Source of the DNA: Bauldia sp.
GTDB lineage: Bacteria > Pseudomonadota > Alphaproteobacteria > Rhizobiales > Kaistiaceae
Assembly: GCA_036511595.1 (NCBI GenBank)
Contig: DATCBY010000072.1
Span: forward strand, 8,877 to 72,876
Direction: 5' to 3'
DNA length: 64,000 nt
The position numbers and the translations under genes are program-made. The notes under the pieces are model-generated. The model was given only the letters and a program-made list of their open reading frames with translations. It searched no databases and had not been told where the DNA came from. Shown in pieces: positions 60,491 to 64,000 of this stretch. Positions within the stretch are counted from its first letter, which is position 1. Each line of letters starts with the position of its first letter.

Positions 60491-61402
60491 CTAGACCACC
60501 ACGACGCCGGTGTGCTTCGCCTTCTCCTCCGGCTCGACGTGGATGGTGATCGAGGCGTCGGAGACTTCGGAGCGCAGCGCCCGCTCGATGCGGTCGCAGA
60601 TGTCGTGCGAGACCGAGACCGCCATCGCGCCCGGCACGACCAGATGGAACTCGACGAAGGTCATCCGGCCGGCCCGGCGCGTGCGGATGTCGTGGGCCTC
60701 GATGGCGCCGTCGGCGTTTTCCGAGATGAGGGCGCGGATGCGCTCCAGCGTCTCGGGCGCCACCGCCTCGTCCATCAGCCCGCCGATCGACATGCGGATG
60801 ATCCGCCAGCCGGCCCACAGGATATTGACCGCGACGACCGCGGCGAGGATCGCATCCAGCACCAACCAGCCGGTGACCAGCGCGAGGATCAAACCGACGA
60901 CGACGCCGGCGGAGGTGAACACGTCGGTGTAGAGGTGGTAGCCATCGGCGGCGAGCGCCGGCGAGCGCCGGCGGCGCCCCTCGCGCACCAGCACGAAGCC
61001 CCACGCGCCGTTGACGAGGCTCGCCAGCACGTTGACGGCGAGGCCGGCGGCGGGATTTTGCAGCACCTCCGGCGCCAGGAAGCCGAGCCATGCGGTGCGG
61101 AAGATCGACACCGCGGCGATGACGATGAAGACGCCTTCCAGCACGACCGAGAAATATTCCGCCTTGCCGTGGCCATAGGGGTGGTTGGCATCGGGCGGCA
61201 GCGCGCCATAGCGGATTGCGGCGACGGCGGCGAGCGCGGTGGCGACGTTGACAAGGCTCTCCAGTGCGTCGGAATAGAGCGCGACCGAGCCGGTGAGATA
61301 CCAGGCGGCGAACTTCAGCGCGAGCACGGCGACGCCGACCGCGACGGAAACCGCCGCGAGCGTATTCGTCCTCATCATGGCGGGCAGCGCGGCTTCCGGC
61401 AT
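60491..61402 (-). CDS. Cation diffusion facilitator family transporter
   Basis: LYSDALESLVNV, ANHPYGHGKAEYF, six TM segments and a C-terminal cytoplasmic domain (HDIRTRRAGRMTFVEFHLVV). The start is at MPEAALPAMM (ATG 61400-02). The upstream track codons overlap the ODC gene. Confidence 0.88.
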   Translation of the reverse strand: MPEAALPAMMRTNTLAAVSVAVGVAVLALKFAAWYLTGSVALYSDALESLVNVATALAAVAAIRYGALPPDANHPYGHGKAEYFSVVLEGVFIVIAAVSIFRTAWLGFLAPEVLQNPAAGLAVNVLASLVNGAWGFVLVREGRRRRSPALAADGYHLYTDVFTSAGVVVGLILALVTGWLVLDAILAAVVAVNILWAGWRIIRMSIGGLMDEAVAPETLERIRALISENADGAIEAHDIRTRRAGRMTFVEFHLVVPGAMAVSVSHDICDRIERALRSEVSDASITIHVEPEEKAKHTGVVVV

Positions 61403-61491
61403 CTCGTGCGGGGTTGTAGGGCGCGCGGGCGGACGGGACAACCGTGAACTGGGGAAGTGCGACGCAGTTGCAGGGATTTTCGGGGCGACCC

Positions 61492-62718
61492 CTACTCCGC
61501 CGCCATCGTCTCGACCGTGGCGAAGGACTCGGCCGGGCCGGCAGCTTCGAAAGGCGTGGTCACCTCGACGAAGGTGTCGGGGTAGAAGCCGTTGAAGCGC
61601 GTGCGCAGCGCCAGCGAGTAGGCGCCGATGTGGCCGATCTCGATCCAGTCGCCGGTGTCGACCGTCTCCGGCAGGTAGAACGGGCGCGACAGGATATCGA
61701 CGGAATCGCAGGTGGCACCGCAGACGCGGAAGGGCATCAGCCTGTCCGGGTTGCCGGGGCGCTTGCCGCGATGCGCCGGGTCGGGCAGCAGGCGGGCGGG
61801 CAGCGTGATCTTGCCGGTCCACGAGTCGGAGAGCGACGCCCAGATGCCGTCGTTGATGTAGATGCGCCGGCCCTTGCGGAGCAGCACGCGCACGATGACC
61901 GACAGCGAGCGGGCGACGATCACCCTGCCCGGCTCGGCGGTCAGCGGCAGGTCGGCGAGGCCCCACGCGTCGATCTCGCGCATGATGTCGGCGATGAGCG
62001 CGCCGGTATCGGGCTGGGCGAGCGCGCCGCGGCGGGGATCAGAACCATAGGCGGCCGGGAAGCCGCCGCCGATGTCGAGCGCCACGATCGGCACGGACGA
62101 GCGGCCGCGCACCCAGGCGGCGGTGGCGAGCGCGCGCTCGTAGGTGCCGGCGTCCTCCATCTGGCTGCCGACATGGAAGCAGAGGCCGACCTTGAACCCG
62201 ACATTGGCGATGCGCTGGACGAGCTCGACGGCGTGCGCCGGGGCGGCGCCAAATTTCTTCGACAATTCGTAGGCGGCGGAACCGCGCGCGGCGAGGCGGA
62301 CGTAAAGCGTGATGTCCTTCGGGTCGAGATCGAGGCCGCGCACGATGCGCAGGATCTTGGCGACCTCGTCCTCATGATCCAGCGCCATCGCGCGGATGCG
62401 GTAGGTCTCCAGCGCCAGGCGGATATCTGACTGCGCCTTGACCGGGTGCATGTAGAGCATCTCGGCATGCGGAGCAACGGCGCGCACGGCCGCGAACTCG
62501 CCGGGCGAAGCGACATCGAAACAGTCGATGCCGGCGGCGGTCAGCGTCTCCAGCACGATCGGCTCGCCGTTGGTCTTCACCGCGTAGGCGGTGCGGCCGG
62601 GGAAGGCATTGGCGAAGGTGCGTGCATCGGCGGTCAACACGTTCGGCCGGAAGCAATAAACCGGAACGTCGGGCCGCAGCTCGTGGGCGGCATCGCGGGC
62701 GGTGGCAAAGCGCTCCAT
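61492..62718 (-). CDS. Type III PLP-dependent decarboxylase (ornithine/lysine decarboxylase, Orn/DAP/Arg decarboxylase family 2)
   Basis: VYCFRP...RTAYAVKTNG (PLP-lysine block), LDIGGGFP, and CGATCDSVD with GAYS near the C-terminus. 408 aa. Confidence 0.88.
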   Translation of the reverse strand: MERFATARDAAHELRPDVPVYCFRPNVLTADARTFANAFPGRTAYAVKTNGEPIVLETLTAAGIDCFDVASPGEFAAVRAVAPHAEMLYMHPVKAQSDIRLALETYRIRAMALDHEDEVAKILRIVRGLDLDPKDITLYVRLAARGSAAYELSKKFGAAPAHAVELVQRIANVGFKVGLCFHVGSQMEDAGTYERALATAAWVRGRSSVPIVALDIGGGFPAAYGSDPRRGALAQPDTGALIADIMREIDAWGLADLPLTAEPGRVIVARSLSVIVRVLLRKGRRIYINDGIWASLSDSWTGKITLPARLLPDPAHRGKRPGNPDRLMPFRVCGATCDSVDILSRPFYLPETVDTGDWIEIGHIGAYSLALRTRFNGFYPDTFVEVTTPFEAAGPAESFATVETMAAE

Positions 62719-62914
62719 CAGGCGGCGGTCCTTCCGAATCGATGCGGCGCAGCGGGGCTTGGACCGCGCAGCTTCTCCACAGGCAAGGGCTTGGAGCGCA
62801 ATGGTTTTCCCGCAGGCTGTCCGGGCGTGGCGGCGACTGTCATATTTTGCACTTCGTGACGGACGTGTTTCGCGATATGGTTATGGTTGGTACATCGTTG
62901 ACGGGAGACAGACC

Positions 62915-62998
62915 ATGAGCGTTGCTCGACCGTTCCACGTTGTCATGATCTTTGCGGCATTCCTGTTCGTCGGCGCCATCGTGATGGGCCTTATCTAG
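62915..62998 (+). CDS. Candidate 27-aa single-TM membrane peptide
   Basis: MSVARPFHVVMIFAAFLFVGAIVMGLI. GGGAG lies 7 nt upstream of the ATG. A canonical plus-strand intrinsic terminator lies 30 nt downstream. Confidence 0.5.
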   Translation: MSVARPFHVVMIFAAFLFVGAIVMGLI

Positions 62999-63028
62999 GC
63001 GAGGCGGCGGCAAGCCGCGGAACTCACG

Positions 63029-63064
63029 GCCGGGAGGCACCAGCAGCGCCCGCCCGGCTTTTTT
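63029..63064 (+). terminator. Rho-independent terminator (plus-strand orientation)
   Basis: GCCGGG (63029-34) pairs with CCCGGC (63053-58), with inner GGC/GCC pairs, and is followed directly by TTTTTT (63059-64). On the minus strand the run would precede the stem, so it serves the plus-strand peptide gene. Confidence 0.65.
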
Positions 63065-63070
63065 CGGGCC

Positions 63071-63850
63071 TCATTCCCAGGTAGCAGGCTTGCCATCGCG
63101 GAAGAACCCGCCGGTGGTGGTGGCGTCGACAAGCGCGGTCCGCACGATGGACGCCGCGCCCTGCTCCACCGTTCGCGGCGCCGACTTCCCGCCCATGCGC
63201 GTGTGCACCCAACCCGGACAGGCGGCGTTGACGCGGATGCGGCGCGGAGCGAGGTCGCGCGCCAGCACGCGGGTGAGCGCCACGAGCGCCGCCTTGGAAA
63301 CACGGTAGGCGGAGGACGGCCAGCCCTTCGCGGTGTGCTGGCCGGCGGCGACCGCCGCGGCAAATTCGTTGACCAGCGCCACGAGCTTCGTCGTGGTCAA
63401 ACGCGGATCGGCGAAGCGGGCACGGATCTCCGGCGAATAGGCGTGCAGCTCGGCCATGCCGCTCGACACCATCACGATGGTGCCGCCATCGGGAATGAGG
63501 GACAGCAGCCCCTCGGTCACCGCCAGCGCGCCGAAGAAATTGGCGGCCAGCGTCTTCTCCACGACCTCGCTGTTGAAGCCGTCCAGCGAGACAGCGGCGT
63601 TGTTGACGAGGATGTCGACCGCCTTGCCCTCCTTGCGGAGGTCCTCGACGAGCGCGGCAATGTCGCCCGGTTTGGTCACATCGAGGCGGTGGTAGGCGAC
63701 GCCGAGTCTGTCCGCAGCAGCGCGGCCGACCTTCTCGTCGCGGCTGGTGAGGATGATGTCGAGGCCACCTGCCGCAAGCTGCCGGCAGACTTCGAGACCG
63801 ATGCCCTGGCCGGCGCCGGTGACGAGCGCGGTGCGTTTGGCCTTCGCCAT
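63071..63850 (-). CDS. SDR family oxidoreductase (carbonyl-reductase-like)
   Basis: ALVTGAGQGIGLEV (TGxxxGIG), NNAAV, and YRVSKAAL (YxxxK). The start is at MAKAKRTALV (ATG 63848-50). Confidence 0.88.
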   Translation of the reverse strand: MAKAKRTALVTGAGQGIGLEVCRQLAAGGLDIILTSRDEKVGRAAADRLGVAYHRLDVTKPGDIAALVEDLRKEGKAVDILVNNAAVSLDGFNSEVVEKTLAANFFGALAVTEGLLSLIPDGGTIVMVSSGMAELHAYSPEIRARFADPRLTTTKLVALVNEFAAAVAAGQHTAKGWPSSAYRVSKAALVALTRVLARDLAPRRIRVNAACPGWVHTRMGGKSAPRTVEQGAASIVRTALVDATTTGGFFRDGKPATWE

Positions 63851-63854
63851 GAAA

Positions 63855-64000
63855 CTATTTCCCTGCGAGGTCCCGGCCGGCCGCGAGGATCGCGGCGTTG
63901 GTGCCGAGCGCGGTGGTGACGCTGCCTGCCTGTTCGTTATAGGGCGCGCCGGCCAGACCTTTGTCTTCACTGGGGCCGGTCGAGATCGTGATGCCGCGAA
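63855..64000 (-). CDS. C-terminal fragment of an unidentified protein (gene continues beyond the window)
   Basis: My own minus-strand translation reads ...RGITISTGPSEDKGLAGAPYNEQAGSVTTALGTNAAILAAGRDLAGK, ending at TAG (63855-57). Third-position GC is high. The stop lies 4 nt before the SDR ATG. It is absent from the track because there is no in-window start. Confidence 0.45.
   Translation of the reverse strand, partial: RGITISTGPSEDKGLAGAPYNEQAGSVTTALGTNAAILAAGRDLAGK

Noticed and set aside
61403-61966. N-terminal extension of the CDF transporter ORF (60491..61966)
   Set aside because: The extension overlaps the 3' end of the ODC-like gene out of frame and is Arg/Pro-rich. CDF homology starts at MPEAALPAMMRTN.

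Overview
High-GC (roughly 65%) alphaproteobacterial core chromosome, Hyphomicrobiales/Rhizobiales-like by gene content and by a REP-type palindrome typical of that group. About 60 CDS are packed tightly, many with 1-4 nt stop/start overlaps. The centre (33.0-51.6 kb, minus strand) is a complete colinear division/cell-wall cluster: mraZ-rsmH-ftsL-ftsI-murE-murF-mraY-murD-ftsW-murG-murC-murB-ddl-ftsQ-ftsA-ftsZ. It is followed by lpxC, bamD, recN, an MFS pump and ligA, and preceded on the same strand by RNase P RNA (rnpB). The left third holds partial puuE, an Atm1-like ABC exporter with psd-pssA, a LysM protein with a Pro/Ala repeat, DUF2066, LOG and an M24 peptidase. It continues with a VOC-VOC-GFA-cimA operon, cysS, mltB plus a Dda/RecD-like helicase, and a class III cyclase that looks 3'-truncated. 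Next come a methyltransferase, an L,D-transpeptidase, DUF2865, a znuA-znuC-znuB operon behind a Zur-box-like palindrome, and pepP. The right end holds an SLT transglycosylase, an AmpD-like amidase, a DjlA-like co-chaperone, a secreted jelly-roll-like protein, a fused 5-oxoprolinase and an extensin-like protein. It ends with a CDF transporter, an ornithine-decarboxylase-like enzyme, a 27-aa membrane peptide with its own terminator, and an SDR. I found no CRISPR array, IS/transposase/integrase, tRNA, rRNA or recognisable defence or toxin-antitoxin module, and I see no convincing novel multi-gene system. The most unusual items are single-gene or regulatory. They are a VOC enzyme fused to a histone-H1-like Lys/Ala tail, and three 10-bp-phased GGGAT repeats upstream of mraZ. 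Others are an exact CtrA-box consensus, a DnaA-box cluster plus a 16S-3'-end mimic in the ftsZ-lpxC spacer, a 30% GC patch inside ddl, and the truncated cyclase. All functional calls rest on motif recognition in the translated ORFs, and no database search was possible.
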